Position numbers and translations under genes: made by a program. Of a stretch of DNA of 64,000 bases, positions 32,581 through 44,979 are shown piece after piece. The notes beneath the pieces are model-generated. The model was not told the origin of the DNA. It made no database searches and worked only from the letters and a program-made list of their open reading frames with translations. The DNA is from Nitrospirota bacterium (lineage in GTDB: Bacteria; Nitrospirota; UBA9217), in assembly GCA_963741205.1 (NCBI GenBank), contig CAVUHW010000014.1, positions 34,670 to 98,669 of the forward strand, given 5' to 3'. Positions within the stretch are counted from its first letter, which is position 1. Each line of letters starts with the position of its first letter.

Positions 32581-34414
32581 ATGAACAACCTGGAAGGCAT
32601 CGCCAAACTCATCCGCTACTACAGCCTCGTCATGTCCACGGAGGCGGGCTCCGGCCACCCCACCTCGTCGCTGTCTGCGGCGGACCTGATGACAGGTCTC
32701 TTGTTCGGAGGGACGTTCAGGTATGATCTCAACAACCCGCTTAACCCCAACAACGACCGTCTGATTTTTTCGAAGGGACATGCGTCGCCGCTCTTTTACT
32801 CGATCTGGGCCGCGGCCGGCAAGGTCACCGAACAGGAACTCCTTACGTTCAGGAAATTCGGCAGTCCCCTCGAAGGCCACCCGACCCCTTCGTTCCGGTA
32901 CACCGAGGCCGCCACAGGGTCCCTCGGGCAGGGCCTCTCGATCGGCCTCGGCATGGCGCTCTACGCGAAATATATCGACAAACTCCCCTACCGGACCTAT
33001 GTGCTTTTGGGCGACAGCGAAATGGCGGAAGGCTCACAGTGGGAGGCCCTGGAACTCGCAGCCTTTTACAAGCTCGACAACCTTACCGGCATCCTGGACG
33101 TAAACAGGCTCGGACAGCGAGGCGAAACCATGTACGGCCACGAGCTCTCAATCTACCGGGAAAGGGCCGCCGCATTCGGCTGGGAGCCGGTCGTGATAGA
33201 CGGCCACGATCTTACGCAGATCCTTTCGGCCTACGAGCAGGCCGCGCGGACGACCGGAAAACCCGTCATGATCATCGCCAAAACGCTGAAGGGGAAAGGG
33301 GTGTCCTTCATCGAGGATAAGAACGGATGGCACGGCAAACCGCTCAACAGGGAGGAACTCGCCCGGGCGCTCGCGGAACTCGGTCCCGTGGACAAGACTG
33401 CCATCGGCCGGATCGCGACGCCGGAAAACACCGCCCCAGTGGAGAGGAAAACCGGCGATGCGCCGCCGGTTTCATATCCTCCGGACAAGGCAGTGGCCAC
33501 ACGGCGCGCCTACGGGATTGCTCTCGAACGCATCTATCCCGAGTTCCCGCATATGGTCGTGCTCGACGCGGAGGTGAGCAACTCCACCTATGCCGAGATG
33601 TTCAAGGCAAAATACCCGGAACGGTTCTTCGAGATGTACATTGCCGAGCAGAACATGGTCGGAACGCGCTCTGGCCTCTCCGCCCGCGGCAAGGTCCCCT
33701 TCGTTTCGACCTTTGCCGCCTTTTTGTCCCGCGCCTTCGACCAGATCCGCATGAGCCAGTATTCATTCGCCAACATCAAGTTCTGCGGCTCCCATGCCGG
33801 CGTCTCCATCGGCGAGGACGGATCGTCGCAGATGGGACTTGAAGACATCGCCCTGTTCAGGACGCTCCTGAACAGCGTCGTGCTCTACCCTTCCGACGCC
33901 GTGTCGGCGGAAAAGCTCGTAGAAGAGATGGCGCGTCACACGGGCATCTGCTATATCCGCACGACCAGGAAAGAGACAGCCGGTGCTCTACCGCAGGGAC
34001 GAGGTGTTCCGCATCGGCGGATGCAAGATCCTGAAATCGAACAAGGCAGACGTTGCCGCGGTCGTGGCCGCGGGCATAACGCTCCATGAGGCGCTTCGCG
34101 CCTACGAGGAACTGAAGCAGGAAGGCATACTCATCCGCGTCATCGATCTCTACAGCATCAAGCCGCTGGACGCCGCCGCGCTTACCGAGGCCGCGCGCGA
34201 CACCGGCGCGGTCATTACCGTGGAGGACCACTTTGCCGAAGGGGGTTTGGGAGAGGCCGTCATGAGCGCCCTTGCCGCGGAGCGGGTCCCGGTCTACTCG
34301 CTCGCGGTGCGGAAAATGCCCCGGAGCGGCAAGCCGGACGAACTGCTGGAATATGAGGGGATATCACATACGGCGATCGTCGGGAAGGTGAAGGAACTTG
34401 TTACGAAGCGGTAA
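32581..34414 (+). CDS. tkt: Transketolase (frameshift near 33980)
   Basis: GSGHPTSSLS, SKGHASP, GSLGQG, LGDSEMAEG, IAEQNMV, GEDGSSQMGLED, TVEDH. Confidence 0.95.
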
Positions 34415-34455
34415 CTGTCCGGAGACAAAGTCTGCCGTTTCCCGGAAACGGCAGG

Positions 34456-35975
34456 TCATTGAGGGCTGTTGCAGGTTACCCGGTCCTTCCCTCTCTGTTT
34501 GGAGGCGTACATCGCGTCATCGGCCCGCTTGATCAGCGATTCGAAATCCATGTCTCCCGCCTTCAGCTCGGTAACGCCGATGCTCATGGAGAGCCGAATC
34601 GGAGTTCCATGGTCGTACGGCAGGTTGGCGCTCCGCACCACGGCGAGTAGTTTGTCGGCAAGACTTTCGGCGCCCTTCGCCGAGGTCAAGGGCAGAATGA
34701 GCATGAACTCATCCCCTCCGTAGCGTCCGGCGATGTCGGCCACCCGCAGAACGGTCTTTAACGTTGCCGCGATGACCTGCAGGGCCCGGTCGCCCGTGTT
34801 GTGTCCGAAGGTGTCGTTGATCACCTTGAAGCTGTCGATGATCGCAGAGGATCAGGGAAAGTTCGGTGCTGTACCGCTGGGCGCGGTCGACTTCATAGCG
34901 GAGCCTGTCCGTCAATGCCCGTCTGTTCATCAACCCCGTGAGACTGTCCGTCTGCGACAGGTATTCGAGTCTCGCGATCAAACGCCCCTTATCCTCTTCC
35001 GATTTTTTGCGCTCCGTTATGTCGCGCGTGTACTCGATGACATGGGTTACCTTCCGATCCTCGTCCAGGATGGGATAGGTGTAGATCTCCACCCAGCTCG
35101 ACGTGCCGTCGTTGGACTTGGTCTGTCTTTCCTTGGCGCAGGGGTCGGAAGACTTAAGGGACCTGTTCCACGACGCACCCCTCGCAAACCCTGTCTCTGC
35201 CTTCGAGGACCTCGTAGCACTTCCGCCCGATCAGGTCTTCGACACGTTTGTTCTTCGTCTCCCCATAGGCCGCGTTGGCGCGGATCACCCGGAACTCGCT
35301 GTCAAAAATACAGAAAGGGTCGCGGATACTGTTGAATGTCATGTTCAGGAAGTTCTCGGACCGGAGGAGGCGCTCGTCGCTCTTTTTGCGCCAGGTAATA
35401 TCCCGGATGATGCAGACCCGGCCGCCGTCATCCAGAAGAGTCACCGATGCCTCCTGAACATAGGTGCTGCCGTTCTTCCGTTTCGCGATCAGCTCTCCGC
35501 GCCACCGCCCGTCCTTCAACAGCACGGGAAAGAGCACCTGTTCCATCCGCTCAACTTCTTTTTCGTCATAGGCGACCCGGAAAGTCTTGCCGATCAATTC
35601 GGCGGGATCACCATAGCCGTTGATCGACGCGTACGCCTGGTTTACATACCTGTATGACCCGGATGCGTCGTAAATGGCTATGCCGTCCATGGAGGATTCG
35701 ATGGCCGTTGATTGTCTTTTGAGCGCCTGCTCTGCGCGGTTGTGTTTTGACAGGATGTGAGTGATGACGGCCCCGAAGACAAGAAAACAGAGGATCATGA
35801 ACAGATGGAGATAGGGATCGTGGCTGGTGACGTTCAGGAGCATCCGGAAAAACGACCCGCGCTGCTCGATCCATGCCTCATAAGCGGCGCCGGCGGTCCA
35901 GACGAGCAGGATGCCGAGTACGGTGATGGCGATGACTTTATGTTCTTCCTTGATTTTGATGAGGCCCCCGGTCAC
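34456..35975 (-). CDS. Membrane-anchored PAS/GGDEF diguanylate cyclase (frameshifted)
   Basis: Two TM helices, two PAS domains, TDSLTGLMNRR, INDTFGHNTGD, GRYGGDEF. Confidence 0.9.
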
Positions 35976-36188
35976 GACAGATTAGCTCTTCAATGGTTGC
36001 GGTGACACTTCTGCCATATAGATAAAATATACCTGAAGTAGTACGAATCTTCAAGCAAATTACTTCAATATAAACAATAAGTTAGTATTTATTAACGAGC
36101 CGGAACTTGGCTGCGACTTCCTGCTATAGCCTGTGCGGTCTTCCTAACGTAGGCAATCGATCGGTTGAGGGGATTGGAGGATCTCACT

Positions 36189-37609
36189 CTAGACGTTCGT
36201 CTTGATGCTGTCTTCCTGGATCCCAAGGACCTTGTCCACGATCTCGGCAAGTTCCCGGTCATGGTCGTGGTTCAGGGTGAACACGCGGCACTGGACCACC
36301 CGTGCGGGGATGTAATCGAAGAAATCCTTGAGCGGCTCCTTCTCAACTTTGCGGGTCGAGGGGTTGAACACATAGATCTGGCGCTCGCCCATCATGAGCG
36401 GGTTGACCGGCCGGGGGTCCTGGCTCGCCATGTCCACGCGGAATGGCAGGTCCTTTGATCTTCTGAGGCAGGTTCCTTCTGATCCGCTTTGCCAGTTCCG
36501 CCTCGTCGATGATGGTCTTGCCCTTTTCAAACACGCGCATCGAGAGCGTGACGTCGTACGCCATCTTCCACTTGACCTCCCGGGAGAGGATGGCGGCCCA
36601 CTCCCGTTCCGAGCGTTGCCAGCGGCCCCTTCTGCGATGCTTCCCCACCGCCTGCACCGCTTCGAGCAGGGACCAGTCGGTCAGGTTGAGATATTCCTTC
36701 GGGTTCTCCACAGGGTTGTAGGGGAAGATAGCGGCCATGGTGTCCTTGAACAGCTCCTTCAGGTGCTCGTCGATGGCCCGCGTGGTCCGGTGGTAATACA
36801 CATTCGTGTACATGTACAGCCGGGCGTTCAGGAACATGTTCAGGGCCGAGAGGCCGGACTTGTGGAGCGTGAGGCCCTTGTCCGTGAAGAACGTATAATA
36901 CATGAGCCGGTCGATGTCCACGGCGCCGATCGCCACGCCGCACATGTAGGCGTCGCGCATGACATAGTCGAGATTGTCCACCGTATAGATGCCGGAGAGC
37001 ATGGGCTGGAGAAAGACGACCCACCGGGGCTGCTTCGGGCCGGAGAGACCGTCGGCCCCTTCCCGATAAGAAACGCGACCTGGTCCGGGGTTCAGCCTCT
37101 CCCCCTTGGCGAACTCTCCCGTGGGGCTGCGGCGGATGGCCTTGATGATGTCGGCGAGTTCGGTCCTGATGATGTGCTGGCCCACCTTCTCATGGGTCAG
37201 ATCGAACTGCGCAAGATAATTGTCGTCGAAGAAATGGCCGAAGGGCCCGTGGCCGATGTCGTGGAGCAGCGCCGCGACGCGGAGGAACTCTTCCACGTAA
37301 TTGGCCGAAGGGCAGTCAGGGACCGCTGCCTTGAGGGAGGGATAGAGATGACGCGCGAACCTTCCGGCCAGGTGCATGGCGCCGAGCACAGTGCTGGAAC
37401 CTGCTGTGCTCGGCCGAGGGATAGACCCAGCGCGCGCTCTGGAGCTGGTAGATCTGCCGCAGGCGCTGCATCCAGGCGGTGTCGAGCAGGTCCTTCTCGG
37501 TCTTTTCCCCCGCCCCGCGCGGCGTGGTGAAGGAGATGTAGCCGTGGACCGGATCACCCAGAAGGGCCGTCCCGTCGTAGAATTCTTCGCCGCTCGCAAG
37601 TTCCCGCAT
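36189..37609 (-). CDS. HD-domain phosphohydrolase (dNTP triphosphohydrolase-like), frameshifted
   Basis: DPVHGYI, QRLRQIYQL, AEHSRFQH, ALLHDIGHGPFGH, DNLDYVMRD, MYTNVYYH. Confidence 0.88.
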
Positions 37610-37831
37610 GAAACGATTATACCGGGAATTTGAGGTGAGTCAACCGGAAACTGCCGAATTTGCGACTCCCCGCGCCCCGCACACAAGCCGTTCACGCCTA
37701 ACCAATGGACCGGTGTTTTTGCGGCATGTTTGATTCCGGTTTGTCTGTCGAAGGAATAGTTCACAGAAACAATCCGCGCACTCGAACCTGAGCGCCTGGA
37801 TCAAGCCACGGAGAGCGGTCTGGTGCGTGGG

Positions 37832-39118
37832 CTACGCCCGCTGACTTGGGTTTTCCCGCGCAGCCGCGTGAGGTTTTCTGGTTATGAATCCCGATAAAAA
37901 CAAGCCCAAAAGGACGTATGTCAGGAATAAGTAATAACCCGGTTGAAGAGCAGTGCCATTCGTGGTGAGCATATCCAGTTGCGGACCCGTTTCGTTTAAT
38001 TGGCCAAGCTGGCTCGCGATAATTCCGTTAAACCCGATATAGGTCATAAACATGGCGATCACCATGACATCGGCCATGGACCATTTCCCGGATTTTAAGA
38101 CAAAAAACCTGATTAACGAATTTTCCTGCGCATTGCGGTAATTGTAATAATATAAGAACGACGAGGCTATTTTCAGGAGGGGGAAAAAAACACTGAAGCT
38201 AATCAACAGGACTCCGACAGCCTTCATCAGGATATCCTTATGCGTAATCATAATCCGGAATACATCCAGAATGCTTTTGCTTTGGAAATACAGGACCTGA
38301 TTGTCAAAATGGATGGAATGCCCGATCAACACAAAACTCAGGTGTGAGATTTTTGCTTCAATATCAATCATCGGCGTGGTTACCCCGGTTGTCAGAAGAA
38401 GGATGAGAGTCAAGAGGAGCAGTATAAAACTGGAGGGGGCCAAAGGCCGCCTGCTGAAACCGGACAGAGAAAAATGGATGACCGACAGGAGGATCAGCAG
38501 CATGGCTTCCTTAAAGATCAGATCGTGATTGCTTGAAATCAGTTTACTCAGGCGAATCCTTGCGCTTTCGATATCTTTGCGATCATTCCGCTGAAGGATA
38601 CGCCTGATTTGGGCTTTGTTTTTTGTACCAAAGGTTGTTTTGAAATATTGATCGAGTTTCTTGACTATACCAGTCTTAAGCTGTTCCTTTGTCTCCGCTT
38701 TCTTCATCTCATTAATGACTATATCCGCATATGCCGGAACGCCTTTTTTAATATCTTTCACACTAACAAAAGTATCGAGAAAAGATTGTTTAATCCGGCC
38801 CTTCGTGGAACCCGAGTGCCCCTCCCTGACTTTCCTGTCGACCTCATCAATAAGTGAAATCATAACCGTTTCTATATGCTTTCGGAGCGCCTGCTGATTA
38901 ACCTCCGACAAATCCATGTTATTGATCTCTTCGGCGAGAATTACGGCGATTTGTCGTTTCCATTCGTCAATGCTAAAAAGACCGTATTTGATATGGTTCA
39001 GTTCGGCATAATCGTTTTTGTAGTTTTGGTTGGAAATTGAAGTGACAATAAGATCACGGCATAAAATAACCGATAGGGCGAGGATTATTAAAGATAAGAA
39101 TAGTTTGATCGCTTTCAT
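37832..39118 (-). CDS. Paraquat-inducible protein A (PqiA) domain membrane protein
   Basis: C-terminal FSVFFPLLK and SGKWSMADVMVIA PqiA-like motifs after a helical soluble region. Confidence 0.75.
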   Translation of the reverse strand: MKAIKLFLSLIILALSVILCRDLIVTSISNQNYKNDYAELNHIKYGLFSIDEWKRQIAVILAEEINNMDLSEVNQQALRKHIETVMISLIDEVDRKVREGHSGSTKGRIKQSFLDTFVSVKDIKKGVPAYADIVINEMKKAETKEQLKTGIVKKLDQYFKTTFGTKNKAQIRRILQRNDRKDIESARIRLSKLISSNHDLIFKEAMLLILLSVIHFSLSGFSRRPLAPSSFILLLLTLILLLTTGVTTPMIDIEAKISHLSFVLIGHSIHFDNQVLYFQSKSILDVFRIMITHKDILMKAVGVLLISFSVFFPLLKIASSFLYYYNYRNAQENSLIRFFVLKSGKWSMADVMVIAMFMTYIGFNGIIASQLGQLNETGPQLDMLTTNGTALQPGYYLFLTYVLLGLFLSGFITRKPHAAARENPSQRA

Positions 39119-39381
39119 GGCAATGCCTGCGAAGGCTTACACGTAGGGAAGCTGAGGATATGTTTCTAAATTTTGTCTATTCTTACCTATTTTATCACAA
39201 GCATGGTTGTTTATTCTTGGAACCCCTTATCGAGTTTCTTGCTGGAATATATGCCTGATACAAAATCATAGAAATCATGTCGATGGAAATTACGAGGGTA
39301 TTCGTTGATACAGGTTGCCTCCTCGCCGCAACAGTCCAGGTTCCGGGAAGAACAATACGCTTCCGGACAGCAAGTGTATGC

Positions 39382-39633
39382 TTAGCTCCCTGATGGAGAA
39401 TCTGAAGGCGTGGGTGGTGGGCAACTATTGAGACAATTATTATAGGTTTCTTGGCTCTCCCGCAAGCACTGAGCGCGCTCTATAGCAGTATCTTCTCCAG
39501 ACGGGCAGTTTACGTCCCTTGACGCTTTTTCGTTGGCACAACTTGATTGGCACTCAGCATTCGCATCCGCGGAGCTCACGGTGGGTTGCATCAGCAGAGT
39601 TCCGAATACGGCGAGAATGATGATTGATCGCAT
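39382..39633 (-). CDS. Small secreted cysteine-rich protein
   Basis: Signal peptide ending SSA-DA; six Cys (CQSSC, NCP, QCL, CLNSC); AGGAGG RBS. Confidence 0.65.
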   Translation of the reverse strand: MRSIIILAVFGTLLMQPTVSSADANAECQSSCANEKASRDVNCPSGEDTAIERAQCLRESQETYNNCLNSCPPPTPSDSPSGS

Positions 39634-39738
39634 TGTTCCCTCCTTTTGATTTTGTAGGTGCAAACCATCCTACTTTCAGGACGATTAAAGCTTCCCAATG
39701 TCATCGCCTAACAGTCCCAAAATGCCAGTCAGGACAGG

Positions 39739-40266
39739 CTACTTTTCAAGGACCATGCCCGTTATCGTCTGAAATACCTCCATCATTCTTACGATGCCCA
39801 CGAGTTTCTTCTTGTTCTCGAGTACGGGCAGCACCTGAATGTTCCGGGACTCCATCAGGCAGGCGGCCTTAATCATGGAATCCTCCGGCGAAACGGATGA
39901 ATTGACGGGCTCCATGATTTCGCTGATTGGCTTCTCCAGAAGTTTCTTCGATTCGGCACTGCACAGGTTTGCCTCAAGTCCGGCGAGGACACCTTCATCG
40001 GCACAGGCTTCTATCCTTCTCACCTCCGATTCCGGCGTGAGAATACCGGGCGTCAGACCGCGAAGAAGGTCCCTCACTGAAAGGGTGCCGATCAGAATGT
40101 ACTTTTCATCAAATACCAGAATCACCTGCGGATGCACGCATTTCTGTGCTTCGATGACGGTCTTTTTCATGATCCCAATTGCCTGACGTATCGTAAACCA
40201 GTACGGCATATGGGGATACTCGAAAACATCTATCATCAACTCCTTGACTGCCTTGCTGTCTGCCAT
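39739..40266 (-). CDS. CBS-domain protein
   Basis: VKELMI...YPH, GTLSVRDLL, PISEIM, LPVLE..KLVGIVRM. Confidence 0.85.
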   Translation of the reverse strand: MADSKAVKELMIDVFEYPHMPYWFTIRQAIGIMKKTVIEAQKCVHPQVILVFDEKYILIGTLSVRDLLRGLTPGILTPESEVRRIEACADEGVLAGLEANLCSAESKKLLEKPISEIMEPVNSSVSPEDSMIKAACLMESRNIQVLPVLENKKKLVGIVRMMEVFQTITGMVLEK

Positions 40267-40456
40267 TGGGCCTCCCTGCTGGTTTTTTTAAATCAGGCCT
40301 GTTGCGATGCTGATCCGCTTGAATTACTTTTTATTGTCGTCTTTTCCCTTGGTCTGTGTCAAGAGAATTTAGAGGGAAGCAGAATTCTCCTTGCAATCCT
40401 GCGCTTTACCATGCTATCTTGTTTATATGGTTCATTTTGCAGGAAATTCTCTCTTT

Positions 40457-43013
40457 ATGAAAGATTTTTTTAATAAATTCAGAAAAAGAGCGTTTCAACG
40501 GGCCGAAAATAAAACTGGGCCAAAGGAACAACTTCAACACAAATATCTACTCTTTCAAAATCTGCTCAGGGAGAACAACCGCGTTCTCAGTATCATGGCG
40601 GATATGGAAGAAAAGCTCTCCGGCGAGTATCTCTTCGACAGACATTACCTCAACACAAACACCCGGTCCGTTGCTGATGCGGTTTCAGGTATCATTAAGA
40701 GCCTCGATACGCTCTCGCAAGGTAAATACAAAGGACTTTATCACCGTTTCGATGAAATCAGCAGAGCTCTTGAAACGAGCCTTATTCAAAAAAAAGAAAT
40801 CCCCGTCAGTGACCTCACCATTCCCATAAACAATCTCACCAGTGCGATGTCCGATATGGCTGGCGGCAAGGTAGCCAACCTCGGCGAGATACGAAACCAC
40901 CTGCACCTCCCTGTTCCTGACGGATTTTCCATCACGGCCTACGCATCGAAAAGTTTCCTCAGACATAACCTGCTGAGTGAAAAGATCAATGAGATCCTTA
41001 GAGCCATGGATGTCGGCGATGTGAAGGATATTCATGAAATGAGTAAACAGATACAGGACATGGTGATAGGCGCCAAGATTCCTGAGCATATGGCGACCGC
41101 AATACAGCAGGCGGTGAGCGAATTAAAGACCGATGTTCACCCTCTCGCAGTTTCCGTCAGAAGCAGTGCGATTCTCGAGGATGGGGAATTCAGTTTTGCC
41201 GGCCAGTATGCCACATATCTCAATGTGCCTGAGGAATTGATTATCCAGCGCTATAAAGAAGTTGTTGCCAGCCTTTTTACTCCCCGTGCTATCTTTTACT
41301 ACAAGACGAAAGGTTTGACTGAAGAAGAACTCATTATGGCAGTAGGCGTTTTGAGGATGCTGGAAGTCAAGGCGGGCGGAGTTCTCTACACAATGGACCC
41401 GAACGCCCCGGAGCGAGACATAATGATCATTAATGCCTTGCGGGGGCTCGGCAAGGCTGTCGTCGATGGTTCCGCGCAACCCGATTATTACAGCATCTCG
41501 AGAAAAGACGGAGCCATCACCGAGAAACAAGTAACAAGCCAGGCAGTCATGCTTGTTGGTAGTCCTGAAGGAGGAATTACAAGCCGTGATGTCCCTGACG
41601 ACGTGAAAGGGAAACCCTGTCTTTCGGATGAGCAGATCATGACGCTGTATGAATATGGAGCTGCTTTGGAACGTCACTACGGAAAACCACAGGACATAGA
41701 ATGGGCTATCGATCGTGATGATAAGATATATATTCTTCAGAGCAGACCTCTGAACATAAGGACCGCCGACAGTGAACCTTTGAAGGTTCCAAGACATGTT
41801 GAAGGCCATACCGTTTTGCTGGATCGGGGCATAATCGCCTGCAAGGGTATCGGGTATGGAAAGGCTTTTGTATTAAAAAACGAATCCGATTTGAATAATT
41901 TCCCCGATGGTGCCGTTCTTGTCGCTCGACATACGTCCACGAAATTCGTAACCGTCATGGGGAAGGCCTCCGCCATTATTACGGATATAGGAGGCGTTAC
42001 CGGACATATGGCGTCTCTCTCAAGGGAATACGGGGTCCCCACCATTCTCGATGCGTCGAAAGCAACGACCGTGATCAAGAACGGACAGGAGATCACCGTT
42101 GACGCCTATAACTGCAATGTTTACGAAGGGAGGGTAGACACGCTTCTCGAGTACGCTTCAAAAAAGAAAAACGCCTTTCAAGGCACACCGCTTTTAAAAA
42201 CGCTGGAAAAGGCACTAAAATGGATAGTCCCGCTGAATCTGGTCGATCCTGAGGACATCAACTTCAGACCGGAACGATGTAAGACATTACATGATATAAC
42301 CCGGTTTGCACACGAAATGGCCATGTCCGAAATGTTTCAGATCGGGGAAGGTCATGACACGAAGGGTGGAACAATCGCGCTGGGAAAGGAAGGGCCCGCT
42401 TGACGCTCATTTCATAGACATGGACAACAGTGTTACGGAAGGCGTGACCGTCGCCGCTCCCTCGGATATACACTCGATACCGTTCTCCGCCTTCCTGAAG
42501 GGACTACTGAGCTTGCCATGGCCCGAACCAAGACCCGCCGATGTTCGGGGCTTCCTGGGCATGATGCTCCAGAGCGCCACAATTTCTGAGGATGAGACGT
42601 ATCAAACAGGGCGCCAGAGTTTTGCGTTACTCGCTCGCAATTATATGAATTTCAGCATACGGCTGGGCTACCACTTTTCCATGGTGGAGGCTTATGCCGG
42701 AGAAAACAGAAATGATAATTATATAAAATATTTTTTCAAAGGCGGAGGAGCCGCCGTTGACCGGAGATTGAGAAGGGTCAGGGTGATATCGGAAATACTG
42801 AAAATGCTCGAGTTCCGCGTATCGATCACCGAAGACGTGATCAATGCAAGCCTCACAAAATACGATGAGTCTGCTATTGCAAATAAATTGCTTGTTTTAG
42901 GCAGACTCACCGTCTATACCAAACAACTTGACCTCATCCTGTACAACGATACCCTGTCAGACCAGCACATCATCGAGTTCATAAAGAAACATGCTGACCA
43001 GCCGCCATTATGA
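40457..43013 (+). CDS. PEP synthase/pyruvate-water dikinase-like protein (frameshift near 42380)
   Basis: GGKVANLGE, VSVRSSA..ED, SFAGQY, PQDIEWA, ILQSRPL; phospho-His motif GGVTGHMASLSRE; short non-canonical C-terminus (RLGYHFS, FKGG). Confidence 0.88.
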
Positions 43014-43036
43014 GCGGCGGAGGCTGGCTAATTGGA

Positions 43037-43516
43037 TCAATGCCTGCCGACCTCCGCCAATGGATTCAACCGCTCCAGAAATTCTTCAGAGCTGCCGGGA
43101 ACTACGATAACAGGGCAGGGAAGCCCCGAAGCCACATGATTTACAAGCGCATGCGATTTGCTGCCGATAAAAACCCTGGATCCTCGTCCTCTTCCGCTTG
43201 CGCCTACCACGATCAAGACGACCTCCTTATCGGATTGAGCAACTTCAGAAAACACGACATCAGGAATACCGACCTCAACCTGTGTTGTTATGGGCACCCC
43301 TTCCTTTTCAACGCCGGCCGATACTTCTTTGAGAATTCCCTCTGCCTCTCTCATTAATTTTGAGGAGATGTCCTTGTAATACTCGCTGTAGGAAATCTCA
43401 TTGATGACGCAAATTCCTACAATCTCCCCGCTTATAAACCGAGCCATTCTTACGGCGAATCTGAGGGCATTCATAGATGCCTGTGAACCGTCAATGCCGA
43501 CGAGTATTTTTTTCAT
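43037..43516 (-). CDS. Universal stress protein
   Basis: KKILVGIDGS, LIVVGASGRG..SRVFIGSKS, PCPVIVVP. Confidence 0.92.
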   Translation of the reverse strand: MKKILVGIDGSQASMNALRFAVRMARFISGEIVGICVINEISYSEYYKDISSKLMREAEGILKEVSAGVEKEGVPITTQVEVGIPDVVFSEVAQSDKEVVLIVVGASGRGRGSRVFIGSKSHALVNHVASGLPCPVIVVPGSSEEFLERLNPLAEVGRH

Positions 43517-43517
43517 C

Positions 43518-44741
43518 TTACACTGCAGCCTTTCCCAGTTTCAGCGACTTTTCAATCTTAATGCCCTGGAGCATTCTCCAAATAATCAGGATGGTGAGTC
43601 CCACGGCCGCGCCGAGCATAAGATAACCCGCATAACTGTTCCACATCGTCTCCATTGCCTTGGCCTGCTGTATGGCATCCGCCTGCTGGGCGAACCAGCC
43701 CTTAACCGCGCTTTTGTTATTTAATATCCAGTCCCGTACCTGCACCTTGGCAGAGCCGAGAGCATGACCTTCTGTTGTTGACCAACTAATAAAGGCCTGG
43801 TTGGTTTTTACCCAGGCGTTCAGGTCCGAGGAGTAAATCGCCTTGTAAGTTCCCGCGATGAATTTGAATATGACTGAGACGCCTGCCAGACCCATGGTAA
43901 CTGCGAAGTACAACCTGATCTTCAGCCCCTTGACATACTGGGTGGCGAGAGTGCCGAACTGTGCGCCGACCGCCGCTCCCATAAGCATGACGGCTGCCGC
44001 TACGATTTCAACCCTGCCCTTCATGGCATAGCTGAATGCCCCGTAGGCCCCGGTAACAACGATCTCGAAGAGGTCTGTACCGACGGCAACCCGGGTCGGG
44101 CATCCGATGATATACATAAGAGAGGGCATTCTGATGAAGCCCCCGCCGACTCCTAAAAACCCCGCGACAAAACCGGTTAATGCCGAAACGACGAGGATTA
44201 CCCATATCGATATGGAAAATCCCGAAACCTTCAGGTGCACCATCGGCGGTATCTTTATCTTTTGCATCTTTAATGCGAGAGCGGATGTACCCGCGTCTGT
44301 TACGGGTTTACTCTTATCGGTTTGTCCTCTGGTCAGTTTAAAATACTCGTAGAGCATGTAACTGGTGAGGCCGAACAGGAGCACCATATACGTTATTTGT
44401 ACTACGAAATCCACCCGCCCTATCTTTTCCAGCCACATAATCATATGAGCGCCGCACTCTATTCCTATCGCGGTGCCGACGATCATTACGAGGCCCAGCC
44501 TCATATCCACGTTGCCGTACTTTCTGTGTTTGGCTGTCGCGACGATGGATTTCCCGGCCATGTGCGCCATATCTGTACCAATCGCGTAGGCCATGGGAAA
44601 TCCGAAAACATTGAGCGCCGGCGTAACCATGAAAGCACCGCCCACACCGAAAAAGCCCCCGATAACTCCGACCGTAAACCCAAGCAGGATCAGTTTCCAA
44701 GCCATAATTTCTACGCCAGATATGGGTAAATATATTTCCAT
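43518..44741 (-). CDS. TauE/SafE (TSUP) family membrane transporter
   Basis: GVIGGFFGVGGAFMVTP, AIGTD, GFLGVGGGFIRMP, VAVGTDLF. Confidence 0.92.
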   Translation of the reverse strand: MEIYLPISGVEIMAWKLILLGFTVGVIGGFFGVGGAFMVTPALNVFGFPMAYAIGTDMAHMAGKSIVATAKHRKYGNVDMRLGLVMIVGTAIGIECGAHMIMWLEKIGRVDFVVQITYMVLLFGLTSYMLYEYFKLTRGQTDKSKPVTDAGTSALALKMQKIKIPPMVHLKVSGFSISIWVILVVSALTGFVAGFLGVGGGFIRMPSLMYIIGCPTRVAVGTDLFEIVVTGAYGAFSYAMKGRVEIVAAAVMLMGAAVGAQFGTLATQYVKGLKIRLYFAVTMGLAGVSVIFKFIAGTYKAIYSSDLNAWVKTNQAFISWSTTEGHALGSAKVQVRDWILNNKSAVKGWFAQQADAIQQAKAMETMWNSYAGYLMLGAAVGLTILIIWRMLQGIKIEKSLKLGKAAV

Positions 44742-44742
44742 T

Positions 44743-44880
44743 TTATTTTCCTCCTATACCCAATACTTTTCTGATTAACTTCCCTGATGCCCAACCGACT
44801 GCCATCGTAAACAACATCATAGAAGCCAATATGGTAGCGGTAATGAGGAACGGAACGAGTTTTGATAAAATGATCGCCAT
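44743..44880 (-). CDS. 45-aa hydrophobic membrane peptide
   Basis: MAIILSKLVPFLITATILASMMLFTMAVGWASGKLIRKVLGIGGK*; AGGAGG RBS; stop abuts the tauE start. Confidence 0.6.
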   Translation of the reverse strand: MAIILSKLVPFLITATILASMMLFTMAVGWASGKLIRKVLGIGGK

Positions 44881-44979
44881 GGATACAACCTCCTTTCTCG
44901 TCTTCATTAAATCAAGCTATCGAAACACTCGAGAGTCAGCAGGTCTAGAGCCAAACCAGTTGAAGCAAAGTTTTTTGTC

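Noticed and set aside
16807-37609. Mass pseudogenisation or programmed frameshifting of nuo, tkt, DGC and HD genes
   Set aside because: The breaks are scattered single-base indels, the motifs are intact and no in-frame nonsense codons were noticed; long-read consensus error is the simpler explanation
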